A stretch of 64,000 nt of DNA, from assembly GCA_027050205.1 (NCBI GenBank), contig JALUCS010000118.1, forward strand, positions 1 through 64,000, written 5' to 3'. This DNA comes from a candidate division WOR-3 bacterium (GTDB taxonomy: Bacteria > Hydrothermota > Hydrothermia > LBFQ01). The notes beneath the pieces were generated by a model that was not told the DNA's origin, searched no databases, and worked only from the letters and a program-made list of their open reading frames with translations. Below, piece after piece: positions 50,077-59,278 of this stretch. A program made the position numbers and the translations under genes. How positions within the stretch are numbered: position 1 is the first letter of the stretch; each line of letters opens with the position of its first letter.

Positions 50077-50787
50077 CTAAGGGGGAGCGATGGGCAGGTC
50101 CCCGTCCATCAGAAGCACCTCCCCTCCGCCCGTCAGGGCCATCTTTACGGCTACGATCCTCCCCCCGAACCCTGACAGGAGTCTGGGAATCTCCGGGTCA
50201 AGGGAGCAGGGCCTGAAGGCCCTCGCCAGGGGGTGGGCGGCCACGAAGATGAGGATTCCCCTCCTCTTCCCCAGTTCCTCTACGTGCCTCCGGCCCCGGA
50301 GGGTTACGGTGTCGGGGTACCGGGCGGTGCCATCCTCCGGGAAGTAGAAGACGGCGCTCTTTATCTCCGCCGGCACCTTCCCCTCCGGCCCCTTCAGGAG
50401 GAGGTCAAAGGTAGAGCCTCCCACCCTTACGTTCCGCCTCACCACCCTGTAGTCCTTAAGGGACGGGATGAGGCCCCGCCCTACGGCCTCCAATACCGCC
50501 CTCTCCTGGAGGGAGGTGTCTATGAGGGTGTAGAGGGGGCTACCCTCAACCGCCGTGCCGACTATCCTCCAACGGAGTCTTCTCCCACTTATGGGGGTGC
50601 AGAGGACCTCCCTCCCCTCAACGAGGAGGTCAAGGAGCTTGCCCGTGTTGTTGGTGTGGGCCTCGGCGGGTACATCGCCAAGGAGGACGTTGGAGACGAA
50701 GCGGTTGAGCCTCCTAAGGAATACGCACCTCTCAACCGGTACCTCAAGGAGCCTCGTAAAGTCCAAACTTCCGGGCGAGGTTTCCAA
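50077..50787 (-). CDS. sfsA: SfsA-family nuclease (sugar fermentation stimulation protein)
   Basis: R.NRF, H..NTG.L, D.LL, EIKS, YPD..T.RG.RH. Start is uncertain. Confidence 0.9.
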   Translation of the reverse strand: METSPGSLDFTRLLEVPVERCVFLRRLNRFVSNVLLGDVPAEAHTNNTGKLLDLLVEGREVLCTPISGRRLRWRIVGTAVEGSPLYTLIDTSLQERAVLEAVGRGLIPSLKDYRVVRRNVRVGGSTFDLLLKGPEGKVPAEIKSAVFYFPEDGTARYPDTVTLRGRRHVEELGKRRGILIFVAAHPLARAFRPCSLDPEIPRLLSGFGGRIVAVKMALTGGGEVLLMDGDLPIAPP

Positions 50788-51913
50788 CGACGGCCTCCTC
50801 CCTTTCCTTTTCTACGGCGATGCACACCTTCGTATCGGACGCCCCCATCATCATAAAGATATGCTCCCAGCCGACCACCGAGAAGATGGCCTCCATTATC
50901 TCCGGGGCGCTCACCCCCCAACCTACGACGCACACCATGGACAGACCCTCCCTCAAGGCGAACCTCACCCCCATTTCCGATAGGGTCTCCAACGCCCTGT
51001 CCCGCTCCTCCAAGGGTACGGAGAGGACGAGGTGCTTACCGGTCGTGGCGTCGTGGGTGAAGTTCAGGACCCTTACGGCCTCAACCATCCGCGCTAAGAG
51101 GGGAAGTCCCTCCCTCCCCTCAACGTCAAACATAACGATGGGCATGGTGGTGATGGCCTTAACGCCCGGACTCTCAAGGTGTTCCCTCTTCTCCACCAAC
51201 GTACCTCCCTTTTCCGGTTCGTAGGATGAGAGTATAAGGAAGGGGAGGCCGTACTTGGCGGCCAGGTTGACGGCGCGGGAGTGCATCACCCTGGCACCGG
51301 AGGAGGCCATCTCGGACAGGATGGTGTAGTCCATCCTCTCGTACCTCCTGACTCCGGGGAACTTCCTCGGGTCAAGGGCGAAGACTCCGGGAACGTCCGT
51401 GTATATCTCGCAGGGTACCTTGCCGAGGGATATGGCGAGGGCTACGGCCGTGAGGTCGCTCCCACCCCTCCCGAGGGTGGTTATCTCCTTGCTGACGCTC
51501 ACCCCCTGAAAGCCGGCGACGACGGGGATCTTACCCTCCTTCAGAGCGTCCGTTATGCGGTAGAGCTTTATCTCAAGCACCCTCGCCCTGTTGAAGCGGT
51601 CCTCCGTGATTATGCCCACCTGCGACCCCGTAAAGGATATGGCCTCAAGCCCCAGCTCGTACAGGGCCATGGACAGGAGTGCCATAGATATGCGTTCTCC
51701 GACGGTTAAGAGCATGTCCAACTCACGGGGCGGGGGTCTCCTTGATACGCTGTAGGCCAGTTTCAGGAGTTCGTCCGTCGTCTTGCCCATCGCCGAGACT
51801 ACGACGACGGGGGCGCACACCTCCCGCTTCCGCTTGACTATCTCGGCCACCGCCCGGATCCGCTCCGGCGTGGCTACGGAGGAGCCACCGAACTTAAGGA
51901 CGCAGGGGGTCAT
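50744..51913 (-). CDS. lysC: Aspartate kinase
   Basis: [32 protein letters not shown]-terminal ACT-like region. Confidence 0.95.
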   Translation of the reverse strand: MTPCVLKFGGSSVATPERIRAVAEIVKRKREVCAPVVVVSAMGKTTDELLKLAYSVSRRPPPRELDMLLTVGERISMALLSMALYELGLEAISFTGSQVGIITEDRFNRARVLEIKLYRITDALKEGKIPVVAGFQGVSVSKEITTLGRGGSDLTAVALAISLGKVPCEIYTDVPGVFALDPRKFPGVRRYERMDYTILSEMASSGARVMHSRAVNLAAKYGLPFLILSSYEPEKGGTLVEKREHLESPGVKAITTMPIVMFDVEGREGLPLLARMVEAVRVLNFTHDATTGKHLVLSVPLEERDRALETLSEMGVRFALREGLSMVCVVGWGVSAPEIMEAIFSVVGWEHIFMMMGASDTKVCIAVEKEREEAVVGNLARKFGLYEAP

Positions 51914-52778
51914 AGATCTTAACTATTCGGTTCAACATTTTATAGTTTAATATCCAATCCATCTCCGTCATTGCCCTTTCCATATGATTTTTCATTTTCA
52001 ACCAACCTCTGCCATCAGTAATCCACACGAATATAATGCCGTATTCTTTGGCTTTTCTGTGAAGTTCTATATAATCCCCTACTATAGCATTTGGCTTACT
52101 TCCAGGTGTATTGTAGAAATTCGCCTCTATTATCATAAAGGGTTGCCTATCTGTAGATTCTAAATATAGAGCGAAATCATGACGTTTGCGGCGGCTTCCA
52201 TATAGGGAAAAGTTTGCATCTTGGGGAACTATTTTCACCCTTTTTGATATAATTTTGGAAATTTTATTATAAACCATTTGCTCAAATATGAGGCCACTTC
52301 TATTTTTTCTTGCATTTGTGTCTAATCCAACTTCCACCCCAAGTATATAATCAAGGAGGTTCTGGGTTCTATCAAAAATATTAAGTATACCAGTGCGTTC
52401 ACAGAATTTCACAACAGTTTTTAAGTCATATCTATCATCTTTGGGATCAAAAATTACGGTTAATATTTTTTCTGATACCGCATCAAAAATATCTATACCT
52501 TTTGTGTGCAATCTAACTGCAATGATAATAGGTATAACTTTTGATACTTCTGGATACTCTTTAAGGATTTCAAATAATTTATTTTTTCTCCACTTTCCAT
52601 GATATCTTGACAGAATGGATAAAATTTGCAATTCATTCTCATAATGTTTAACATTTGATAGAACTCTATCCCAATCAACAAAATATTCGTATGTTTGGTT
52701 GGTTTTCAAAAGCGTTTTAAAAAAGGTTGACTTATATTCATCAAAACTGTCAAATCCTAATTTCTCAAAATTTACCAT
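51894..52778 (-). CDS. DpnII/MboI-family type II restriction endonuclease
   Basis: [25 protein letters not shown]...GSK, F.WITDG.GW; markedly AT-rich. Confidence 0.9.
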   Translation of the reverse strand: MVNFEKLGFDSFDEYKSTFFKTLLKTNQTYEYFVDWDRVLSNVKHYENELQILSILSRYHGKWRKNKLFEILKEYPEVSKVIPIIIAVRLHTKGIDIFDAVSEKILTVIFDPKDDRYDLKTVVKFCERTGILNIFDRTQNLLDYILGVEVGLDTNARKNRSGLIFEQMVYNKISKIISKRVKIVPQDANFSLYGSRRKRHDFALYLESTDRQPFMIIEANFYNTPGSKPNAIVGDYIELHRKAKEYGIIFVWITDGRGWLKMKNHMERAMTEMDWILNYKMLNRIVKIYDPLRP

Positions 52779-52779
52779 A

Positions 52780-53712
52780 TCACCATCCCCCCCTTTCCCT
52801 GTGGCTGCTGAACCTGTACTTCCTATACTCTCCCTCATCCTCCGGCTTACGAAATACGAAGATCTGCTCGTGGGTTATGAGGTAGAAGTCGTAATTCCTC
52901 CCCCTCCATCTCTCCCTCGTCCCCTTCATATTATGTTGGACTTTAACGATATTTTCTAAAAGCACAAAACCGACCTCCAGAAAGGCCTCAAGTACGTAGT
53001 GGGATATAGGTACGTAGTGCTTGTGCTTTCTCGTATCCCCTATGAGTATGGCGCACACCCTGCCCGGCTTCAGCACCCTGAAAAACTCTGCTGCTGCTGT
53101 CTTCATCCCCTCCAGGTACTCCGGGAAAGAAAGGTTAGAAAGGTCATCTTTATCGCCTTTCTTCCTGCTATAGACGATTATGTTTGCGTACGGTGGGTGG
53201 GTCGCCACGAGATCTACGGAGTTAGATGGCACCTTATCAAGGTTCCGGGCATCCCCCCAGTAGGTGCGGACTTCCGGCATCTCCGATTTTTCAAACATAT
53301 CGTTGACTTCAAAGTTCAACCTGTCCAACGTGAGCATCACCGACTCGTAGTTGATATCCACCCCTATAGCCCTCCGTCCAAGGAGCCGGGCTTCAACCAA
53401 GGTCGTACCGCTGCCCATCATAGGGTCTAAGACGGTTTCCCCCTCCTCCGTGTATTTGAGAATGAGGTTGCGGGGTATGTAGGGAGACCAATTCCCTCTG
53501 TAGTTTCCCCTGTGTGTCGCCCAAGAGCCTCTATCCGGGAAGCTCCATACCGTCGTTCTTTCCAGCTCGTACCCTGCCGGAGGTCCGAGCGTTTTAACCA
53601 ACTTCCTCCCCGTTAGCTCTATCCTCACTCCCCCAACTTCAACGTACCCCTTTTCCCTTCTAAACCTCTCGTAATCCTCCCATTCTACTTCCACCATCTC
53701 CCTGTACCTCAT
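52780..53712 (-). CDS. N4/N6 DNA methyltransferase, likely cognate to the restriction enzyme
   Basis: Motif I VLDPMMGSGTT precedes motif IV THPPY. The ATG overlaps the upstream stop (ATGA). Confidence 0.88.
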   Translation of the reverse strand: MRYREMVEVEWEDYERFRREKGYVEVGGVRIELTGRKLVKTLGPPAGYELERTTVWSFPDRGSWATHRGNYRGNWSPYIPRNLILKYTEEGETVLDPMMGSGTTLVEARLLGRRAIGVDINYESVMLTLDRLNFEVNDMFEKSEMPEVRTYWGDARNLDKVPSNSVDLVATHPPYANIIVYSRKKGDKDDLSNLSFPEYLEGMKTAAAEFFRVLKPGRVCAILIGDTRKHKHYVPISHYVLEAFLEVGFVLLENIVKVQHNMKGTRERWRGRNYDFYLITHEQIFVFRKPEDEGEYRKYRFSSHRERGGW

Positions 53713-54410
53713 ATCACGTGCAGCCAGCTGTGGAGAAGGAAGTATATCCTGCCGAGGAGCAGGGAGATACGGCCCATAACCGTGTAGCCGAAGGAGGCCC
53801 CGAAGGCCACCATTATGAAGACTATGCCGATGTTCACTATCGGCTTCATTATCCCCTTCTGCTCCACGGAGAAGAAGAAGTACAGGATGGTCGTGAAGAC
53901 GCCGATTATGAAGACCCAGTTGGAGAAGGTGGTGAGGGCGCTGTCGGTCCAGAGGGGAAGGAAGGTGGCCTTTATCTGCGGGAATATGATCCCCTGGAAG
54001 AGGGCCGTCAGGTTTATACCGGTGTAGATACCGATGGTGACGGCGAGGGGGTAGAGGGCGAGCCAACGGAGTTGAGGGGCGACGTAGCCGAATATCTCCA
54101 ATTTCGTCAGGATCATCAAACCGAGGATGGCGCCTATTATGACCACCAGCTGGCCGAGGGTGAGGAAGGGTACCTGCTGGCCCATGAAGTTGAAGGTGCC
54201 GAGTTTCAGGACGACGTACTTGCTGTCCCTTATGCCCTGGGCGATCTGGGGCCAGATGGCCTGGTTGAAGATGTTGATTATGCCGTAGCCCGCGGAGACG
54301 CCGACGAAGATATGCTCCGCGAACCGATACACCGGGTTCTCCTTTATTATGAGCGAGAGGATCGCCAGCGTTAGAAAGGCTGCTATCCAGACTCCAATTA
54401 CTTCGGCCAT
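53709..54410 (-). CDS. Hypothetical polytopic membrane protein
   Basis: Six to seven TM helices; ENPVYRFAEHIFVGVSAGY, FGASFGYTVMGR. Confidence 0.8.
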   Translation of the reverse strand: MAEVIGVWIAAFLTLAILSLIIKENPVYRFAEHIFVGVSAGYGIINIFNQAIWPQIAQGIRDSKYVVLKLGTFNFMGQQVPFLTLGQLVVIIGAILGLMILTKLEIFGYVAPQLRWLALYPLAVTIGIYTGINLTALFQGIIFPQIKATFLPLWTDSALTTFSNWVFIIGVFTTILYFFFSVEQKGIMKPIVNIGIVFIMVAFGASFGYTVMGRISLLLGRIYFLLHSWLHVI

Positions 54411-54412
54411 GG

Positions 54413-54661
54413 CTACCTCTTCCTCTTTCTGTTCCTCTTGAGCTTTTCAACCTCCCGCAGGAGTATCCTGTAGTTCTCCTCCAGGGCCTTCACCTTGCCC
54501 GTCGCCGATGAAACCTCCCCCTTGGCCTCCGAAACCTCAATCCTTAGGTGATTTACCTCCTTTTCAAGCTTGTTCAACCTGCTTTCGAACTTCTTGGAAT
54601 CCCTCGCCGATATGCAACCGGCGGCGAACAGTAGAACAGCTAAAGGTAGGAGCCTCCTCAT
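54413..54661 (-). CDS. Small coiled-coil lipoprotein
   Basis: Lipobox AAGC followed by heptad repeats. Confidence 0.7.
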   Translation of the reverse strand: MRRLLPLAVLLFAAGCISARDSKKFESRLNKLEKEVNHLRIEVSEAKGEVSSATGKVKALEENYRILLREVEKLKRNRKRKR

Positions 54662-54706
54662 TGTGCGGATATTATAAGGGAGGGCGACACCTGTAGAATA
54701 GGGGCT

Positions 54707-55570
54707 ATGAAGAACCTGTGGTTTTGGCTCTTCATCTTCTTCGCCGCCCTAACCGGCATCTTGCTCGTCCTCCGCATTTTGGTCAAGAGCCAAACCCTAT
54801 CGCTGGGGAACGTCCTCTACGTTGAAATTGATGGCAACATAGACGACAAGAAGATCCCGGAGATAGCCGACTGGGCCTACGAGAAGCTCAAGGGCGACAG
54901 GATGAACCGCATAAAGGGAGTGTTCGTATATATAAACAGCCCCGGCGGGAGCGCTGCGAGCAGCGAGACTATGTACCAAGTCCTGAAGTTCGCCGAGAAG
55001 AAGGGGAAGAAGGTCGTGGCATACATACACTCCATCGGTGCCTCCGGCGGATACTACATCGCCTCCGCCGCCGATACGATCGTCGCCAATCCCGCCGCCC
55101 TGACGGGTTCCATAGGGGCGATAATAATACTGCCGGAGGTCACGGAACTGTCCAAGAAGGTCGGGGTCTCCTGGGACATATACAAGTCGGGCAAGAACAA
55201 GGACCTGACCCAACCCTTCCGGAAGAGGACGGAGGAGGACAGCGTCCTGCTGACGGAGTTGGCCAAGGAGGTATGGAAGGTCTTCCTCAACAGGGTGGCC
55301 GAGGGTAGGGGCAAGAAACCGGAGGACCTTATGGAGATTGCCGACGGAAGGGTTCTGACGGCGGAGCAGGCCCTCAAATGGGGCTTGATAGACGTCCTCG
55401 GAACCAAGTACGATGCGATGGAGATACTGAAGAGGATGACGGGGATCAAGAAGGTTAAGCTCATAAAGAGGCCGAAGAAGACGAACCTTCTCAAACAGGT
55501 TTTCGGGACGACCGCCCGAATCGGCGAGATGATGGACGAATGGATGCTCCCCAAGGCCCTCTTCTACTAA
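54707..55570 (+). CDS. sppA: Signal peptide peptidase SppA (36K type)
   Basis: INSPGGS, ASGGYYIA, TGSIG, KSG..KD, ADGR. Confidence 0.93.
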   Translation: MKNLWFWLFIFFAALTGILLVLRILVKSQTLSLGNVLYVEIDGNIDDKKIPEIADWAYEKLKGDRMNRIKGVFVYINSPGGSAASSETMYQVLKFAEKKGKKVVAYIHSIGASGGYYIASAADTIVANPAALTGSIGAIIILPEVTELSKKVGVSWDIYKSGKNKDLTQPFRKRTEEDSVLLTELAKEVWKVFLNRVAEGRGKKPEDLMEIADGRVLTAEQALKWGLIDVLGTKYDAMEILKRMTGIKKVKLIKRPKKTNLLKQVFGTTARIGEMMDEWMLPKALFY

Positions 55571-57021
55571 ACGGTGATGCTCAAGAGGGACAGCACCATC
55601 TCCTCAAGGGATATACCACCGTGAAACATCTTCTTTCTGTACAGCTCGGCGAACTCCGATGCCCTCTCCCCCCACACGAAGTAGGTATCCTCGGCGGCGA
55701 ATAGGAACTTCCCCCAGTCCGGGAGGCCCCACTCCTCCGGGCGCTCAACCAGTACGGTCCGTCCCTCTCCTTTGGGGATCATCTCCTTCCCGTACTTGTG
55801 CCTGAAACCCTTGCTGAAGTCCTCACCCTCCACCACGACGGGCTTACGCCCGATGGTCCAACCGTGGTCCGACGTTATGAAGACCCTGTACCCCTTGTCT
55901 AAGAAGCGACTTATCACGGAGGAGAACCTACCGTCCTCCAGGATGAGCCTCGCCCACCTCTTTATGGACGACTCTCCCTCACCGAGGGCCTTCAGGGCCT
56001 CCACGTTGGCCGTAAGGTGCAGGATGGTATCCACGAAGTTGACGATGTATATCTCCAGCCTCTTCCCGTAGGGTTTCATCTTGGCCAGAGACTCCAAGTC
56101 CTTTATCTTAGTGTACCAAACCCCAACCCTGTACCCTTCCCTCTCAAGTTGCTTCCAGAGGAGCTTCAGCTCACTCTGATTGTCGTTCAACGCCCCCGGT
56201 ATCATAACTTCCGTCTCGTTGGGCAAGGCACCGCTGAACAGGGCGTTGCGGGAGTACTGCGTGGCCGTGGGAAGGAGGGACATGTAGATGCTCTGCTCCA
56301 CCTTGTAGTTGGGGGAGAGGGCGGATACCACCTCGTAGATCTGATCAAACCGGAAGTTGTCTAAGACGATTAGGACTACCGGCGAGACCTCAACGTAGGG
56401 GAGGACGAGCTTCCTTAGGAGGTTGTGCGACATGAGGAGTGTATCGTCCCTGATTATCTCTGGATAGTTCCTCTCTATCCAAGCAGCGAACTTGGCGTTC
56501 TCTTGGGACAGGATCTCATCAAACTTACTCCTGTATCCCTTATAGACGTACCGGGCCTGGAAGATCTTAACAGCCTTCAGGAGGTACCCGTCAAAGGTCT
56601 CCGGTATGCGGCTTATCTCCTCCCTCAACCTGTCCGCTTCGTCTATGTAGTACTCCCTCTTCAGGCTCTCCTTGTGGAGGCGGGCTATGAGGGCCATGAG
56701 CTGGGCGGGTTGGACGGGTTTGACGAGGTAGTCGTAGGCGTCCTCTACCATTGCCTTCTTGATAAGCTCGGCGTCGGTCATCATGGTGAGCATTACGACG
56801 GGGACGTGGGGATAGGCCCGCTTGATGAGCTTGAGGGCCTGAAGGCCGTTCACCCTCGGCATACGGTAGTCCAGAAGGATCAGGTTGTAATGATGGCGTG
56901 AGAGCTTATCCACCCCCTCCTCAACGGTAGTCGCCGTATCCACTTCAACCCCCTGCGACCTCAAGAAGGCCACTATGGAGTACATCTCGTCTATCTCGTC
57001 GTCTATCCAAAGTACCCGCAT
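55567..57021 (-). CDS. porX: PorX-like response regulator (REC plus PglZ alkaline-phosphatase-like domain)
   Basis: REC: WIDDE, LLDYRMP, YLVKP. PglZ: DNFRFDQ, LPTATQYSRNALFSG, TSDHG, HGGISLEEM. Confidence 0.85.
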   Translation of the reverse strand: MRVLWIDDEIDEMYSIVAFLRSQGVEVDTATTVEEGVDKLSRHHYNLILLDYRMPRVNGLQALKLIKRAYPHVPVVMLTMMTDAELIKKAMVEDAYDYLVKPVQPAQLMALIARLHKESLKREYYIDEADRLREEISRIPETFDGYLLKAVKIFQARYVYKGYRSKFDEILSQENAKFAAWIERNYPEIIRDDTLLMSHNLLRKLVLPYVEVSPVVLIVLDNFRFDQIYEVVSALSPNYKVEQSIYMSLLPTATQYSRNALFSGALPNETEVMIPGALNDNQSELKLLWKQLEREGYRVGVWYTKIKDLESLAKMKPYGKRLEIYIVNFVDTILHLTANVEALKALGEGESSIKRWARLILEDGRFSSVISRFLDKGYRVFITSDHGWTIGRKPVVVEGEDFSKGFRHKYGKEMIPKGEGRTVLVERPEEWGLPDWGKFLFAAEDTYFVWGERASEFAELYRKKMFHGGISLEEMVLSLLSITV

Positions 57022-57067
57022 CTGTAAGGTTATATTCTAACCTTGAGGTATAATAGTATCTATACTC

Positions 57068-57315
57068 TGTCTAAGTTGTCTAACCCAAGTTTTGAGAATT
57101 ATTTTTCACTTTAGGTTCAAAAATAGGGTGTCTAAACTTAGACACCAGTCTGTACGTTTGATAATTTAAATTTTTAAACAAATTTTCGCAATAATTGCAA
57201 TAATACCGCATACGACCTAAATACAATTTCACCTCCACGCGGATTTAGACACCTCGCCGGCGGTCTGTCTAAATTTAGACACTAGAGTCTAAGTCGTGTC
57301 TAAGGCGTTGTCCAA
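57068..57315. repeat. Array of TGTCTAA boxes in both orientations, including two 16-bp palindromes
   Basis: TGTCTAA at 57068, 57077, 57129, 57266 and 57297; TTAGACA at 57138, 57245 and 57275; one-mismatch copies at 57286 and 57309. Confidence 0.9.
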
Positions 57316-57550
57316 CATATGGGGTGATGTCTGTCCCCTACGGTACGTTGGTGTAAGGTGCAGTTGACGAAAGGCACCAATACGGGTTCAAGGTCCTGCT
57401 ATCCGCGGCACAGGGAACTTCGTCCCAACGACCCTTTGAAAGGATCATACCATCAGCCGAATACGATACCGATAAAAAACCCTATTATATCACTCCATCA
57501 GTGTAATCCCAGCCTTCCCTGTACTGCTACCTGAACCTCCGCTACCCCTT

Positions 57551-59218
57551 CTAAAACAGGCCGGAGACCCTTCCCCTCTCGTCTATGTCCATCCGTACGG
57601 CGGCCGGCTCCTTAGGTAGACCGGGCATTGTCATTATGTCCCCCGTTATGGGGACGAGGAAACCGGCTCCCGCCATTATCCGGACCTCCCTGACGGTTAT
57701 CTCAAAGCCCCTCGGCCTGCCGAGTTTCTTAGGGTCGTCCGATAGGGAGTACTGGGTCTTGGCGACGCAGATGGGTAGGTGGCCGAACCCCATCCTCTCG
57801 TACCGCCTTATGGCCCTCTCCGCCTCCGGGTAGTATATGACGCCGTCCGCCCCGTATATCTCCCTGGCCACCCTCTCTATCTTCTCCTTTATCCCCATCT
57901 CCGGCGTATAGATGGGATGGTAGTTGCTGCCAACCTCAAGGGCTTGGAGGACTGCGTCCGCCAGCTCAAGCCCCCCTTCGGACCCCTTCGCCCAGACCTC
58001 AACGAGGGCGTAGGGTACCCCCTCCCCCTTCAGGAGAGAGTCTAAGGTCCGCAGCTCCTCCTCCGTATCCGTAGGGAAGCGGTTGATTGCCACGACGACG
58101 GGGAGGCCGAACTTCCTTAAGTTCTCTATGTGCTTCTGGAGGTTGGGGAAGCCCCTCTCTAAGGCCTCCGGGTTAGGCTCGGAGACCTTCCCCTTCGGCA
58201 CCCCCCCGTGATACTTGAGCGCCCTGACCGTAGCTACTATAACGGCGGCAGACGGGGCGAAGCCCCCTATGGGGGCCACGAGGTCCAGGAACTTCTCTGC
58301 TCCGAGGTCGGCACCGAAGCCCGCCTCCACCACCGCCACGTCCGAGTAGGCCATGGCCATCTCGGTGCTTAGGACGGAGTTGGTCCCGTGGGCTATGTTG
58401 GCGAAGGGGCCGGTGTGGATGAGGGCGGGGGTGTTCTCAAGGGTCTGGACGAGGTTGGGCTTTATGGCGTCCTTAAGGAGAACGGCCATCGCCCCCTCCG
58501 CCCTTATGTCCCTGGCATATACCGGCTCCTTACCCCGCGTGAAGCCGATCAGGATGTTCCCAAGGCGCTTCTTGAGGTCGGCGTAGCCCTTAGCCAGGCC
58601 TAGGATGGCCATCACCTCCGACGCCGGCACTATGACGAAGGAGTCCTCACGGGGGAAGCCGTTCTTCCTGCCACCGAGGCCGACGACTATGCCCCGCAAC
58701 GCCCTGTCGTTCATGTCCAACGTCCGGGGCCAGAGGACGGTACGGGCGTCTATGTCAAGGGGATTCCCGTGGTGGATGTGGTTGTCTATCATAGCAGAGA
58801 GGAGGTTGTGGGCGGAGGCTACGGCGTGGAAGTCCCCCGTGAAGTGGAGGTTTATGTCCTCCATAGGGACGACCTGGGCGTATCCTCCCCCCGTCGCACC
58901 TCCCTTTACGCCGAAGACCGGGCCGAGGGAAGGTTCCCGGAGGGCCACGACCGACCTGACTCCCCTACGGTTGAGTGCCATAGATAGGCCGATGGAGACC
59001 GTCGTCTTACCCTCACCGAGGGGGGTAGGGTTCATAGCCGTCACCAAAACGAGCTTCCCCCTCTCCTTCCTGTCCTCAAGTAGGTCCAGGGGAAGCTTGG
59101 CCTTGTAGTTTCCGTACTTCTCTATCCGTGATGGGGGGATCCCCATCCTCTCGGCCACCTCCTCTATGGGCAGGAGGTTGGCCCTCTGGGCTATGGAGAG
59201 ATCCGAAGGCACACTCAT
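57551..59218 (-). CDS. fhs: Formate--tetrahydrofolate ligase
   Basis: PTPLGEGKTT, KGGATGGG, GPFANIAHG, AKTQYS, MTMPGL. Confidence 0.97.
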   Translation of the reverse strand: MSVPSDLSIAQRANLLPIEEVAERMGIPPSRIEKYGNYKAKLPLDLLEDRKERGKLVLVTAMNPTPLGEGKTTVSIGLSMALNRRGVRSVVALREPSLGPVFGVKGGATGGGYAQVVPMEDINLHFTGDFHAVASAHNLLSAMIDNHIHHGNPLDIDARTVLWPRTLDMNDRALRGIVVGLGGRKNGFPREDSFVIVPASEVMAILGLAKGYADLKKRLGNILIGFTRGKEPVYARDIRAEGAMAVLLKDAIKPNLVQTLENTPALIHTGPFANIAHGTNSVLSTEMAMAYSDVAVVEAGFGADLGAEKFLDLVAPIGGFAPSAAVIVATVRALKYHGGVPKGKVSEPNPEALERGFPNLQKHIENLRKFGLPVVVAINRFPTDTEEELRTLDSLLKGEGVPYALVEVWAKGSEGGLELADAVLQALEVGSNYHPIYTPEMGIKEKIERVAREIYGADGVIYYPEAERAIRRYERMGFGHLPICVAKTQYSLSDDPKKLGRPRGFEITVREVRIMAGAGFLVPITGDIMTMPGLPKEPAAVRMDIDERGRVSGLF

Positions 59219-59278
59219 GGGTGAGTATTCTACCGGGGTAGGGACGCCACACCTCCCGCTCCTTTAAAATCGTATCTC

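Noticed and set aside
53713..54450. Apparent 246-aa N-terminal extension of the DNA methyltransferase
   Set aside because: It is an alternative frame over the membrane protein gene 53709-54410 with H/R/P-rich nonsense composition. The real start is the coupled ATG at 53712.
57022..57550. Canonical oriC
   Set aside because: No TTATCCACA-type DnaA boxes in the gap and no dnaA/dnaN nearby. Only a non-canonical role remains possible.
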